A DNA stretch of 64,000 nt from Eledone cirrhosa (Eukaryota), in NCBI GenBank assembly GCA_964016885.1, contig CAXHJY010000826.1:1-64000 (forward strand), in the 5' to 3' direction. Under the pieces are notes generated by a model. It worked only from the letters and a program-made list of their open reading frames with translations, did not search any database and had not been told where the DNA came from. This document shows, in pieces, positions 15,541-31,307 of the stretch (position 1 is its first letter; each line of letters opens with the position of its first letter). A program made the translations under genes and the position numbers.

Positions 15541-15784
15541 GACTCTAAAGACAATATCTATTTACATGTACCATGTTACATATTAGATCTTGTATATTTA
15601 TACAGTGGCCACCTCTTCTGGAATGTATAATATGATATTACAGTCTTGTCTATGTCTCCGGATGTTTGGCACAGCAACTGAAGAATTCAGACAAAAAAAC
15701 AATCACACGAATAACGATAACAGTGAACTCACTAGTACAGCCGCCGCTCGTAATCGTGTACGACTTGGTAGTATATACCAGTCA

Positions 15785-15910
15785 TGTTTCCATTTCTTTG
15801 AGAGACAAGGTGTCATCCGTGGGGACAGATACGTCGAGCAAAAGACATTTCTTTTCTTGTTATCTGTAACTAAAGTATCTCGACAATTAACCTTAATCTA
15901 CCTGTCTCTG
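15785..15910 (-). mobile_element. Small remnant of a restriction-like endonuclease domain (R2/R4/NeSL-type LINE)
   Basis: Minus frame QEKKCLLLDVSVPTDDTLSLKEME resembles the PD..D...C.LIDV.VP.D.N...KE RLE motif. Confidence 0.5.
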
Positions 15911-15938
15911 TTTACTGTTGTTGCTAATTAGTCTGTCT

Positions 15939-16017
<79 letters not shown>

Positions 16018-16170
16018 GCAGAGGTTATATTTAATTTGTTGGGATTCAACAAGCTTAAAAATGTCAACAAGCTTAAACATTTTTATAACTGATATAAAGC
16101 ACTCAACAATTTAGTGGAGTAAATACACAATATATTAATAAATGGAAACTATATTTATAAAACCATATTT

Positions 16171-16234
16171 ATTTTATTATATATATTTCAAAGGCAACCA
16201 AGGCAAATTATGGTGCGCTTTCATCAGATAAAAT
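16171..16234 (-). ncRNA. Type I hammerhead ribozyme, family B
   Basis: RC: attttat-CTGATGA-stem II-GAAA-tatata-TA-ataaaat, with a perfect 7-bp helix I. Flanks are homologous to 52751-52900. Confidence 0.7.
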
Positions 16235-16303
16235 ACAGATTTGTTTTATAAATAAATATTGACATACCCGGAAAAAAGACAACCTTAACGGTTGGAGCTT
16301 CCT

Positions 16304-16420
<117 letters not shown>

Positions 16421-16485
16421 TAAAATAAAACATTCTGTTATTTTACAGGTGTGCTACTATTGCTGTAAGACACATCCATATAATT

Positions 16486-16511
16486 AGTGAAAGAGAGAGA
16501 GAGAGATGTGA

Positions 16512-16606
<95 letters not shown>

Positions 16607-16740
16607 CGATAGAGGCAGGCAGAGAGAGATGGAGAGAGAAGGAATGAGGGAGGGAGAAATATGGATGGGGAGGGAGAGAGAGAGAGGAAGAGAGAGAGGG
16701 AGAGAGAGAAAGAGAGGGAGAGAAAGAGAGAGGGAGTGAG
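16486..16740. repeat. (GA)n / purine tract
   Basis: Direct reading. Confidence 0.9.
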
Positions 16741-16749
16741 TAATTGGAA

Positions 16750-17557
16750 GATTGGCAGAATCGGTAGAGCGTTGGTAAATGTGTTTTATGGCATTTAATC
16801 CCGCCGAAGATTAACTTTCACTTTCATCTCTTCGAAATCGATAAAATAAGATACCAGTAAGATACTGGGGTTGGTGTAATCGATTTTCCCCATTTCCACC
16901 AATTGCAGGCCTTGTGCCTAAATTGAAAATCAATATTTGAAAATAGAATTACAACCCCTAATATTTCTGACCTGAAAATAGAATTAGAACCCCTAATATT
17001 TCTGACTTTCTGCCTAATCTTAGATTTAATCGATTGGTACCTCCCCAAAATTGTTGGCCTTGTATTTAAACCAGAAACCATTATTATTATGGGGGGGGGA
17101 CTGTGGATTGCCAGTATCGGTAGAGCCTCGGGCACCCTGCTTTGTGGTATAGTTACGTCCCTTTACGTTCTGAGTTCAAATCCTGCCAAGGTTAGCTTTA
17201 CCTTTCATCCTTACGGGATTGATAAAATAAAGTACCAGTAATGCACTGGTGCGATTTAATCAACTCACCCCCACCACCACCACCACCACCACCACGACCA
17301 CCACCACCACCAAAATTATTGGCCTTGTGCCTAAATCAGAAGTCATTATTATTATTAGCAGGGCGGTGGATTGGCAGTATCGGTAGAGAGTCGGACACCA
17401 TGCTTTGAAGCATAGAGTTACCTCTCTTTATGATCTGAATTCAAATCCCGCCGAGGTTAACTTTGCCTTTCATTCTTACGGAGTCGATAAAATAAAGTAC
17501 CAGTAATGTACTGGGTAATTGCTGGCCTTGTGCCTAAAATAGAAACAATTATTATTA
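16750..17557 (+). mobile_element. Cluster of ~3-4 S1 SINE copies
   Basis: Repeated attggcagtatcggtagag...gttcaaatcc...gataaaataaagtaccag...ggccttgtgcc. Confidence 0.8.
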
Positions 17558-18271
17558 TTAGCAGAAAAACTACCCTTAGGGTGGTTTTCTGCTAGCATGT
17601 GTAGTGTGTATATTGATATTATACGCAAGTATATATACATGTAGATATGATACATCAAATACAATCGTAATTGACAATATACACAGAAATTGAACGAAGA
17701 CTGTGTTACACTGTCTTATGTAATCAGTAAAGTAATCCATGAGACATTAAAAAAGACCATATTATATATAAACCGCATATATAATAAACTAAAATGTTAT
17801 GAAAACGAAAATGTAGAAAATTAGCGACGGAAATATAAACATTATATAACGATGTAAATATATAAACGTTTTTATAAGCGATGGGATAAGTGTTATAATA
17901 TAACGGACGCTAACCGGAAGTGTTTACATTTGAATATTTTAAAAGAAGTGAATCTTAAAATAAGCAATCATTATATATAAGAATATTTATGTTTAATCAA
18001 CAGCTACGAAATTTAGTAGATAAATTATGTAATATTCATTCACTGGGGATTGGCAGTATCGGTAGAGGGTCGGACGCCATGCTTTTCAGCATAGTTACGT
18101 CCCTTTACGATCTGAGTTCAAATCCCGCCGAGGTTCACTTTGCCTTTCATCCTTACGGTGTAGATAAAATAAAGTACCAGTAATGCACTGGGTGTTTGCT
18201 GGCCTTGTGCCAAAAGTAGAAACAATTATTCAGGACACAATGCCGCACTCCTCCCTTTATTATATTATAGA
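17558..18271 (-). mobile_element. Non-autonomous Helitron-like element, copy 1 (S1 SINE at ~18047-18229 inside)
   Basis: On the minus strand it starts A|TCtataatataataaag and ends with a GC-rich hairpin plus CTAR. Homologous to 21403-22135 and 30389-31307. Confidence 0.65.
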
Positions 18272-18434
18272 TTATTATTTTCGGGTTGGCAGTGTCTGTG
18301 GGGCGTCGGACACCATGCTTTGCGGCATGGAGTTGCAGCCGTTTACGTTCTCAGTTGAAATCTCTCTCTCTCTCTTCCAGTCTAGACAGGCGTTGCATTA
18401 TTCCAGGTGTTACACACATCAACGACAGTCACAA

Positions 18435-18745
18435 CTCACACCACCATCACCACCACTACCTCACCACCACTACCTCACCACCACTACCTTATCACCAGCA
18501 TCGCCATCTACAACAACACCACTAGTTCACCACCACGACCACTAGATCACCACCATCTCCAGCATCATCATCACCACCACCAGCATAACCACCACCACTA
18601 GCACCACGACACCACCACAACGCCACCACCACCACCACGCCACCACCACCACGCAACCACCACCACCTCTAGCACCACAAGGCCTCTACCACCACCACCA
18701 CTACCATTAGCACAACAACGCCACTACCACCACCAGCACCACGCC

Positions 18746-18776
<31 letters not shown>

Positions 18777-19210
18777 CGACACCACCACCACCACCACTAC
18801 CACTAGCACCACCACCATCACCACTTGCACCACGACACCACCACTACCATCACCACCACCACCACTACCACCACCACGACACCACCACCACCACGACACC
18901 ACCCCCACCACCACGACACCAGCACCAGCACCACCACCACCACCACCACGACACCACCACCACGACAACGCCACCACCACCACCACGACACCACCAACAC
19001 CACTAGCACCACAACGCTACCACCACCTCCACCACGACAACCCCACCACCACCACCACCATACCACCATCACCTCCACCACCAAACCACCTCCACCATAC
19101 CATCACCACCAGCGCACCATCACCACCACCACCACACCACCTCCACCATACCATCACCGCCACCACCACCACCTCCAGCATACCACCACCACCACCACCA
19201 CCACCACCGT
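18435..19210. repeat. (CAC)n tract
   Basis: Direct reading. Confidence 0.93.
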
Positions 19211-19394
19211 CACATCCGATGTACATTAACTAAACACATAAAACCTGGTCTGGTGTAAGCTAATAAAACCAGTAATAAACACAAGAGAAGACGGACGAGA
19301 TGTGAGAATAGTATTTTCAACGATGGCTGCCTGGGGTGATATCTCGTCTCAATATAGAAATATAACCTTGTTGGATTACTGCAGTCATATTGGC

Positions 19395-20848
<1,454 letters not shown>

Positions 20849-21402
20849 GCCACACAAAGCTATGCAAACAAGAGATATAAGAATATATTATACTCAAATG
20901 TAGTTTTTCTACTGCCGATTAAGTTTGGCTGAGTAACTGCACATACTGAAGGAGCCGAGTTATATCCCTCAGCAGGAAATTCGAAATGATTTCTTCCTTT
21001 CGTCAGTGGCAAAAATATTTCCTTGATATATCAGCATCTGTTGTGAGTGTGTATGTGTGTGTGGGGGGGTATGTGTGGGTGTGTGTGTGTGTCTGTGTGT
21101 TTGACTTCCGTCAATTCCAGAGACAAATGTTTGATGACTGCAACAGCCTGTTTGTGAAATTACCGTGGAAATGGCCGAGGATTCTACAGACACATGCACT
21201 CTTAATGAATATCTCAGGGAGATTCAGATTGACACAAGGCGGAACAAGGCTGACCCTTTGAAACAAAGGTAAAAAATCATTTTTGCCAGCCGAATGGATT
21301 GAAGCAACGTGAAAAACATGTTTTGTTCATAGAGACAATGTGCCCTAACCACTAAGCTACGTGTTTACATAGAACATCAGTTGTAAATGTGCATTATAAT
21401 TG

Positions 21403-22135
21403 CTAGCAGAAAAACCACCCGAAGGGTAGTTTGTCTGCTAGCATGTGTAGTGTGCATATTGATAGTATTTGCAAATATACGTAATTGACAATATACACAG
21501 AAATTGAAGAGAGACCGTGTTACACTCTCTTCTGTAATCAGTAAAGTAATCCATGATATATTTTTAAAAATACGATGTTATACAGGGTGGGCCAGAATTC
21601 CTGACTCGCTTGTTAGTTATATTTCTTAACGAAATGTTCTCTGATCGTTGGATTTAACTAAGTACCGCATTAATTAAATGTGTACATTTCTGTGCTTGCC
21701 GTATCTTGTTCATGAACTTATGCCTGTATATGGTATTATATTCCTTAAATTTATATATATATGCAGAGGTTATATAAATTTTGTTTTAATAGATCTATTT
21801 ATAATCAAGTGAGTCTTGAATTCTGGCGCACCCTGTATATAAACTCCATTACGGTGAAATGTAATGGAAACGAAAAAGGAGAAAATTAGCGACGGAAATA
21901 TAAACCGATGTGATATAGCGTCCATTATATCATAACCGGAAATAAAATTTTAAAGAAGTGAATCTTGAAATAAGCAATAAATTATTTATATTTAATCAAG
22001 AGCTACGAAATTTAATACATAAATTATGTAATATTCGTTCATTATTTATTCAAATTAATCCAACTTATTTTACTAAGGGGATAAAAAAATATATTCAGGA
22101 CACAGTGCCGCACTTCTTACTTTAATATATTATGA
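21403..22135 (-). mobile_element. Non-autonomous Helitron-like element, copy 2
   Basis: 5' A|TCataatatattaaag, and 3' hairpin agcagacaaactaccc-ttc-gggtggtttttctg plus CTAG. Confidence 0.65.
21583..21835. mobile_element. Tc1/mariner-type MITE nested in Helitron copy 2
   Basis: TIRs cagggtgggccagaattcctgactcgcttg / caagtgagtcttgaattctggcgcaccctg with TA on both sides. It is absent from the two sister Helitron copies. Confidence 0.85.
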
Positions 22136-22974
22136 TGTGTGTTTGTGTGTTTGTATGGGGTGATGATATATGTGTGTATATGTTTGTATGTGTATGCATG
22201 CTTGTGTCTATGTGTATACACTTGTGTGTTTGTGGTGTATGAGTGTTCGTGTGTGTCTGTGTGCGTCCAAGCGTGTGCGTCAGTACGTGTGCGTCAGTGT
22301 GTATATGTGTGTGTGTATGTGCATGCGTCGGTGCATGTGCATCAGTGTGTGTATGTGTGTGTGTATGCATCCGTCCGTGCATGTGTGTCAGTGTGTGTAT
22401 GCATGCGTCCGTTCATGTGCGTCAGTGTGTGTATGTATGTGTGTGTGTATGCATGCGTCTGTACATGTGCGTCAGTGTCTGTATGTGTGTGTATATATGC
22501 GTCCATGCATGTGTGTCAGTGTGTGTATGTGTGTGTTTAAAGAAGCTAGTCTAAACACACAGAGGAGACCTATCAATGATGAAACACTCAATATATCTTA
22601 TTACCTCCCGTTGTTCACGAAACAAAATGGCCGCCGTTTACAGTGATCTCTCGGGCTACATAAACGACATATAGGCAGAGAGTGAGATATTTTCAGTATC
22701 ACATAAATGACATATTATGAGAAAGTGAGGTATTTTCAGTATTACATAAATGACATATAGTGAGATATTTTCAGTATTACATAAATGACATATAGTGAGA
22801 TATTTTCAGTATTACATAGTGAGAAAGTGAGATATGTTAAGTATTACATAGTGAGAAAGTAAGATATTCTTAGTATTTCGTGGCTGGGAATACTTAACAA
22901 AAAATGTACAATTTTCGGGGAAGAAATGACAACAAAAAAAAGAGAAAAGCTAGGAAGATGCAAGAAAAAATAGA

Positions 22975-23632
22975 GACAACAACAACAACAACAACAACAA
23001 TAATAAAAAAAACAATAACAGCAACAGCAACAATACTAATAACACCAACAGCAACAACAATAAAAACAACGACAGCAACAACAACAGCAACAACAATAAA
23101 AACAACGACAGCAACAACAACAACAACAACGTTAACAGCAATAACAAAACAATAACAGTAACATCAATGACAACAACAATTACAATAACAACAGCAATAA
23201 CAACAATAATAACAACAACAGCAACAATAACAATGATAACAACAACAGCAACAACAGTAACAGTAACAACAACAGCAGCAGCAGCAGCAGCAGCAGCCAT
23301 AACAACAATAACAACAATAACAACAATTATAAACAAAGAATTGAGATATAAACAGATAAATACAAGTTGTGCTTACATAAACAGAGTTTATTTCGGCAAA
23401 TTGACGTTTTCCCCCGGGGTGAAGTCTCATATCTGTGAGTGGGGGAGTGGGGAATGGGATAATGGTGATAACTTGATGATACCCGTGCTAGTGGTGGTGG
23501 TGGTGGTAGTAGTGGTGGTGATGGTGGTGGTGGTGGTGGTGGTGCTGGTGGTGGTGGTGTTGGTAGTAGTGGTGGTGGTGGTGATGGTGGTGGTAATGTT
23601 AGTGGTGGTGGTGGTAATGTTTGTGGTGGTAC
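22975..23632. repeat. (CAA)n and (GGT)n tracts
   Basis: Direct reading. Confidence 0.9.
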
Positions 23633-23812
23633 TAACATTAAAAAGAGTTGTTACCATTTACACTGAAGAGGTAGTTACATGCTCAGATTCCTGCAGCGAA
23701 CAAAAGTGTTAAAAAAAACCGTATCAATCCATGCATTATGAAAGATGTGTTCCTTAGTAACTTTGGTCAATTTCATCCATTATTAACCCAAAATCATGCT
23801 TAGAAATGCGAA

Positions 23813-23852
<40 letters not shown>

Positions 23853-23928
23853 CAAATGAATTGTGGTAAGGTACTATATGGACCATAACGCACCAGAGTA
23901 CTCAATACTTAGGGTACTAGAGTGGGAA

Positions 23929-23985
23929 ATAGGAAAAAGTATGACCCCCGACGGCAAAGCTCAAGCCGTCGGGGTCATACTTTTT

Positions 23986-23990
<5 letters not shown>
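23929..23990. repeat. Near-perfect ~26-bp-stem fold-back hairpin
   Basis: ataggaaaaagtatgaccc(c)cgacggc-aaagctcaa-gccgtcggggtcatactttttcctat. Confidence 0.9.
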
Positions 23991-24050
<60 letters not shown>

Positions 24051-24218
24051 TAGGATTGGTGCTCTGAAATAGCGATGTATACATGAATGTATGTATCGTA
24101 TATTTGGCAATATACTGTATGTTTAATTAAAAACATTTTGAAGAACTTGCGCTATTTAAAGTAGTGACTATGTCATTTACTTTTTTTTTTGGGGGGGGGG
24201 GCAAATGAAGTGAGTGAA

Positions 24219-24259
24219 GCTGACAGATTCTGGTTCACACTGTTGGTGATCCTCAGAGC
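24219..24259 (-). ncRNA. Degenerate hammerhead-like motif in a ~311-bp partial-tandem element
   Basis: RC: gct-CTGAGGA-tcac caaca gtgt-GAAC-cag aat ctg-TC-agc, with GAAA changed to GAAC. Confidence 0.4.
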
Positions 24260-24443
24260 AATGTACTCCCCGCCTCTGCCGAAAATTATAGAGGTTGGAT
24301 TCCATTAATAATCAGGAACTGATTATACAGAGCGATTGCTGGTCCAGCAAAAAGTAAAAATTAGGATTGGTGTTCTGACATAGCGATGTATATTAAGTAG
24401 TTTCTCAGCCCTTGTAATTCTAAACACATATTTTTTTCTATAT

Positions 24444-24507
<64 letters not shown>

Positions 24508-24654
24508 TTGTGTATGAATATCCTGTTGACTCAAGAAACATTAAGAAAATTTGAATTTGAAAATGTAGTCGTTCCAACGTAAATGAGTCTAACATCAGTC
24601 GATCGTTATAAATAATCGTATCCAATGGTTCACTACCCGACATTTTCAATTATT

Positions 24655-24847
24655 ATGCGGTAGATTGGCAGTAGCGGTAGAGGGTCGGACCCCATGCTTT
24701 GCAACAAAGAGTTACGGCCCTTGCCATTGTGAATTCAAATCCTGCTGAGGTTAACTTTTCCTTTCATCCTGACGGGGTCGATAAAATAAAGTACCAGTAA
24801 TGTACTGGATAATTGCTGGCCTTGTGCCTAAAGTAGAAACAATTATT
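24655..24847 (+). mobile_element. S1 SINE
   Basis: Full head/core/tail match to other copies. Confidence 0.8.
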
Positions 24848-24924
24848 TATAGTGATCGACTATTTTATAGTCATTTAAGTTGGGACGACTATATCTTCAT
24901 ATATATATGTGTGTATATGTGTGC

Positions 24925-24991
<67 letters not shown>

Positions 24992-25066
24992 CAGAAATAA
25001 CGAAGCAAACGACACAGTACATTGAAGAAATATATTAGTTTAACACTTGAAAAAACAGAAAAAAGA

Positions 25067-25104
25067 ATCTTAACGTTTCGTAAACTAGTCCTTCATCAAA
25101 AGAT
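25067..25104 (-). ncRNA. Degenerate minimal hammerhead-like motif
   Basis: RC: atctt-TTGATGA-aggactagtttac-GAAA-cg-TT-aagat. C3 is changed to U and stem II is weak. Confidence 0.4.
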
Positions 25105-25202
25105 AGAAGTTGAAATAAAAGATGAAATAGAAAGATAAAGAGTGAGACAAAATGAGAAATGCACACACACATACACACATATACATATATATACATACAG
25201 GT

Positions 25203-25239
<37 letters not shown>

Positions 25240-25282
25240 CATACAGATACACACACACACATATATATATATACATACAGAT

Positions 25283-25313
<31 letters not shown>

Positions 25314-25550
25314 CATACAGATACACACACACACATATATATATATATACACACACAGACACACACACATATATATATACACAGCTACACACACACATAT
25401 ATATATACACAGATACACACACACATATATATACACAGATACACACACATATATATCTACACAGATACACACAGACACACATATATATATGTTGATTTAA
25501 AACTGCACTATCCACAAGTGTTTTTTAGCCTTCATATCATGTTCTCCTGT

Positions 25551-25617
25551 TTTTATCTGATGAAAACACAAATATTATTGCATGATGATGTTTGTTTTTG
25601 AAATGCGCATAATAAAA
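25551..25617 (+). ncRNA. Type I hammerhead ribozyme, family C
   Basis: ttttat-CTGATGA-aaacacaaatattatt gcat gatgatgtttgttttt-GAAA-tgcgca-TA-ataaaa. Confidence 0.75.
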
Positions 25618-25803
25618 TACATGGAACTCCTTTAACCATCTTTTGATCTTATATTATGTATACTCCAGTCCTACAAACTGTAGAGTGCTTCTTATCCGAT
25701 ATCTGCATTGCTATATTGTACTACAATAAAACTCACCTCCTACATATATATATATATATATATATACACAGATACACACACACATATATACATATATATA
25801 CAA

Positions 25804-25834
<31 letters not shown>

Positions 25835-25865
25835 CACACACACACATATATACATATATATACAA

Positions 25866-25961
<96 letters not shown>

Positions 25962-25967
25962 TCAGAT

Positions 25968-26016
<49 letters not shown>

Positions 26017-26489
26017 TAAACACACACGCATCTGTATATACACAGATACACACACATACATACATACATACATATATATATATATATGTATGTGTGTGTG
26101 TTTGTATATAAATGTGTGTGTGTGTGTGTGTGTGTGTGTTAGTCAGGATATAATACATATAAATAAAGTCTGTTTGATAAATTATAAGTATATTCATGAA
26201 TGACAATGTATGGAAGAGAGAGATAGGTAGAGAGAGAGATGGGTGAGAGAGAGAGAGTGAGTGAGGTAGAGAGAGGGAGGAAGGGGAGGTAGAGAGAGGG
26301 GGGGAGAGAAAGAAAGAAAGGAAAGAAAGAAAAAAAAGAACGAAAGAAAAAAGTGAGAGAGGATTATATGTACGTGTGTATATATATATATATGTGTGTG
26401 TTTGTCTGTCTGAGTGTATACGTATATATATATAAATGTGTATATATGTGTATTCGTGTGTGTATATAAATGTGTATATATATATATAT

Positions 26490-27082
26490 ACCTGTCTCAT
26501 GGTCGGGTCGTTGGCGACTAAACTGGCAACCCCACCAAGGTTTCTTGGTGAGGAGGGTGACTTTGGACATCCTGCAGGACTAAAAACAAAACCTGTCAAA
26601 GGGCAAAGGAGCTCTTAAGAGTCAATGGCCATCCAAAATCACCGGGAGAGATGACCCCTTTAGCCTTAGTCAAGGCAGAATTCTAGGAGAAGGAAAACTC
26701 TGATATAACACCTGCAACCCTGATGGTATCCAATGATGTTGACTTGTTCTTCTTTTTGGTAAATAGCATCTTGGTTAAGAGAGTGGGACTGGCTTTGTGC
26801 AGTGCCTTTGCTCACTATAAAAGCTTCACGGCACAGGCATTGCTTTATATCTGGAGATCTCTCTGCACTTGTCCTCACATGGGCCCAGCACTATGTGTCA
26901 ATAATTGTCCTACCATGGGCCTAGCACTATGTGTCAATAATTGTCACAGGTGTAGTGTTTGTACCAGAGGTTTCAAGTCGCTGGCTGGACTAAAAAGTCA
27001 CACTCGTTCAGCGCTTCGGTAGGGGTTATCCTACATGGATGTAAAGTAGTGGCCGTACTCGAAAACGAGTTGGCAGCCACCA
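26490..27082 (+). mobile_element. RTE-derived non-autonomous element, copy 1
   Basis: The 3' end encodes a C2H2-like CSVCTRGFKSLAGLKSHTRS and then ggccgtactcgaaaacgagttggcagccaccat(AT)n. A near-identical inverted copy lies at 58982-59588. Confidence 0.6.
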
Positions 27083-27455
27083 TATATATATATATGTGTG
27101 TGTATCTGTGTCTGGGTGTATAAGTGTATATATTTGTATTTGTGTGTATATATAAATGTGTATATATAAATGTGTATAAATTAAATGTATATGAGTCTGA
27201 GTGTATAAGTATATATATATATATGTATATATGTTTATTTGTGTGTATATATAAATATGTATATATAAATGTGTATATATAAATATATATATGAGTCTGA
27301 GTGTATAAGTATATATATGTATATATGTTTATTTCTGTGTATATATAAATATGTATATATGTTTTTTGTGTGTATATATAAATGTGTATATATGTTTATT
27401 TGTGTGTATATATAAATGTGTATATACATGTGTATATCTGTGTCTGAGTGTATAA

Positions 27456-27503
<48 letters not shown>

Positions 27504-28648
27504 ATATATGTGTATTTGTGTGTATATATATATGTGTAGTTGTGTGTATATATAAATATGTATATATATATATATATATATATCTGTATATCTGTGTCTG
27601 GATGTATAAGTATATATATAAATGTGTATATATGTTTATTTGTGTGTATATATAAATATGTATATATATATATATATATATCTGTATATCTGTGTCTGGA
27701 TGTATAAGTATATATATAAATGTGTATATATGTTTATTTGTGTGTATATATAAATATGTATATATGTGTATTTGTGTGTATATATAAATATGTGTATATA
27801 TATATATGTGTATATCATGTCTGGATGTATAAGTATATATATATATATATAAATGTGTATATATACTTATATATAATAAGTATATATATATATAAATGTG
27901 TATATCATGTGTATAAGTATATATATATATATAAATGTGTATATATGTGTATTTGTGTGTATATATAAATATGTGTATATATATATGTGTATATCATGTC
28001 TGGATGTATAAGTATATATATATATATATAAATGTGTATATATGTGTATTTGTGTGTATATATAAATGTGTATATATAAATGTATATATAAATGTGTATG
28101 TATGTCTGGGTGTATAAGTATATATATATGTGTATATATGTTTATTTGTGTGTATATATAAACGTATATATATAAATGTGTATGTATGTCTGGATGAATA
28201 AGTATATATATATATGTGTATATATGTTTATTTGTGTGTATATATAAATGTATATATATATATGTGTATATCTGTGTATTTGTGTATATATATAAATGTG
28301 TATACATAAATATGTATATATATAAATGTGTATGTATGTCTGGGTGTATAAGTATATATATATGTGTATATATGTTTATTTGTGTGTATATATAAATGTA
28401 TATATATATATATGTGCATATCTGTGTATATATATAAATGTGTATACATAAATATGTATATATATAAATGTGTATGTATGTCTGGATGTATAAGTATATA
28501 TATATATATATGTGTATATATGTTTATTTGTGTGTATATATAAATGAATATATATATATATGTGCATATCTGTGTATATATATAAATGTGTATACATAAA
28601 TATGTATATATATAAATGTGTATGTATGTATGGGTGTATAAGTATATT
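27083..28648. repeat. Compound TA/TG-derived minisatellite
   Basis: Recurring tgtctggatgtataag...gtttatttgtgtg...aaatgtg units. Confidence 0.85.
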
Positions 28649-28894
28649 GCTGTTTAAAAGCTATTTAAAAGCTATTTAAACGATATACAAGCTTCATCTT
28701 TATATTGTTGTTGGTGTTTTAATCCTTAAGAAAATATCTCAGTTTTACACAACCATTTGCCTCCATTTTATTAAAGACAAGGTTTAAATATAGAAAAATA
28801 TATATTGTCTGTAGAATAAATTAAACAAGTTTATCAACTACGGTTGGCTGCCATTGGAGATGATAATAGATAGATAGGAAATGTTATCTCATAT

Positions 28895-29248
28895 GGATTG
28901 GCAGTAGCGGTAGAGGGTTGGACGCCATGCTTTGACGCAAGAGTTACGGCCCTTTATGGTCTGAGTTCAAATGTCGCCGAGGTTAACTTTGCCTATCATC
29001 CTTACTGGGTCGATAAAATAAAGTACCAGTAATACACTGGCACAATTGCTGGCCTTGTGCCAAAAGTAGAAACAATTATTATTATTATGTGGATTGGCAA
29101 TATCGGTAGAGGGTCGGACGCCATGCTTTGACGTATAGAGTTTCGGCCCTTGCCATTCTGAGTTCAAATCCCGCCGGGGTCGATAAAAGAAAGTACCAGT
29201 AATACACTGGAATAATTGCTCGCCTTGTGCCAAAAGTAGAAACAGTTA
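28895..29248 (+). mobile_element. Two tandem S1 SINE copies
   Basis: Match to the S1 consensus. Confidence 0.8.
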
Positions 29249-29354
29249 TCTCATATTTGTGACTTGTGAACATTTAAAGTGGGAGGAAGATAGTTGTCCT
29301 CCATTAACGTATTTTACTGTATGTTACAACGTTTGGGGCTGTAAGGGGGGGGGA

Positions 29355-29476
29355 GTGTGTGGGTGTGTGTGTGTGTGTGTGTGAGTGTGTATGTGTGTGT
29401 GTGAGTGTGTGTGTCTGTGTGTGCGGGTGTGTGTGGATGGGTGTGTGTGTGCGTATGTGTGTCTGTCTGTGTGAGT

Positions 29477-29507
<31 letters not shown>

Positions 29508-30100
29508 GATGGGTGTGTGTGTGTGTGTCTGTCTGTGTGAGTGTGTGAGTGTGTGTATGTGTGTATGTCTGTGTGGGTGTGTGTGTCTGTATGGGTGGAT
29601 GTGTGTGTGTATGTGTGTGTGTGTGTCGATGTCTGTGTGTGTGTGTGGGTGGGTGGGTGTGTGTATGTGTGTCTGTCTGTGTGAGTGTGTGAGTGTGTGT
29701 GTGTGTGGATGGGTGTGTGTGTGTCTGTCTGTGTGAGTGTGTGAGTCTGTGTATGTGTGTATGTCTGTGTGGGTGTGTGTGTCTGTATGTGTGGATGTGT
29801 GTGTATGTGTGTGTGGGTGTCGATGTATGTGTGGGTGTGTCGATGTATGTGTGGGTGTGTGGATGGGTGTGAGTGTGTGTGTATGTCTGTCTGTTTGAGT
29901 GCGTGTATGTGTATGGGTGGGTGGGTGGGTGAGTGTGTGTGTTTGTGTGTGTAAGGGTGGGTGTGAGTGGGTGTGTGAGTGTGCGTGTGAGTGTGTGTGT
30001 GTGTGTGTGTCTATAAGGGTGTATGTGCGAGTGTGTGTGTTTGTGTGTGTATGTCTGTGTGGGTGTGTGTGGGGGATAGATGTCTGTGTGGGTGTGTGGG
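29355..30100. repeat. Degenerate (TG)n
   Basis: Direct reading. Confidence 0.9.
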
Positions 30101-30296
30101 GGATAGAGACAATAATAAAAAAAGAGGTGAGCAAGATATATAGAGGATGAATTGGCCCAGTATTTAACTGGAACTTTTTCTTATCTATCAACCTGGATGA
30201 AAGCAGAAGTTGACGTTAGCAAGATTTGAACTCAGAAAACAAAGACCCGTATATTAGGTTATATTAAGATGATGATGATGATGACGATGGCTATAG

Positions 30297-30361
<65 letters not shown>

Positions 30362-30388
30362 ACTCACTGGGTGATATTAAGATGGATA

Positions 30389-31307
30389 TCATAATATAAT
30401 AAAGGGAGATATAATAAAGTGTCCTGAATATATTTTTTTTTATCCTGTTAGTATAAGTTAGATTACTTTGAATAAATAATTGTTTCTACTTTTTGGATAA
30501 GGCCAGCAATTATCCCAGTGTATTACTGGTACTTTATTTTATCGACCCTGCAAGGATGAAAGGCAAAGTTAACCTCGGCGGGATTTGAACTCAGATCATA
30601 AAGGGAGGTAACTCTATGCTTCAAAGCATGGCGTTCGACTCTCTACCGATACCGCCAATCCACCGCCCTTACTTTGAATAAATAATTGTTTTTACTTTTG
30701 GCACAAGGCCAGCAATTATCCCAGTGTATTACTGGTACTTTATTTTATCGACCCCGTAAGGATGAATGGCAAAGTTAACCTCGGCGGAATTTGAATAAAT
30801 TTACTAAACAATTTACTTTGAATAAATAATGAATGAATATTACATAATTTATCTACTAAATTTCGTAGCTGTTGATTAACCATAAATATTCTTATATATA
30901 ATGATTGCTTATTTTAAGATTCACTTCTTTTAAAATGTTCAAATGTCAACACTTCCGGTTAGTGTCCGTTATATTATAACACTTATTACATCGCTTATAA
31001 AAACATCCATATATTTGCATCGTTATATAAGTTTTATATTCCTGTCGCTAATTTTCTCCTTTTTCGTTCTCATTACATTTCACTGTAATGCAGTTTATAT
31101 ATAATATCGTCTGTTTTTTAATGTATCATGGATTACTTTACTGATTACAGAAGACAGTGTAGCACAGTCTCTCTTCAATTTCTGTGAATATTCTCAATAA
31201 CGATTTTATTTGACGTATCATATCTACATGCATATTTGCATATAATATCAATATGCACACTACTCATGCTAGCAGAAAGACCACCCGATGGGTGGTCTTT
31301 CTGGTAG
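30389..31307 (+). mobile_element. Non-autonomous Helitron-like element, copy 3 (S1 SINEs at ~30478-30795, minus strand)
   Basis: A|TCataatataataaag ... cagaaagaccaccc-gat-gggtggtctttctg-GTAG|T. Confidence 0.65.

Noticed and set aside
23655-23715. CTGAAGA-containing HHR candidate
   Set aside because: No GAAA/UH or convincing helices.
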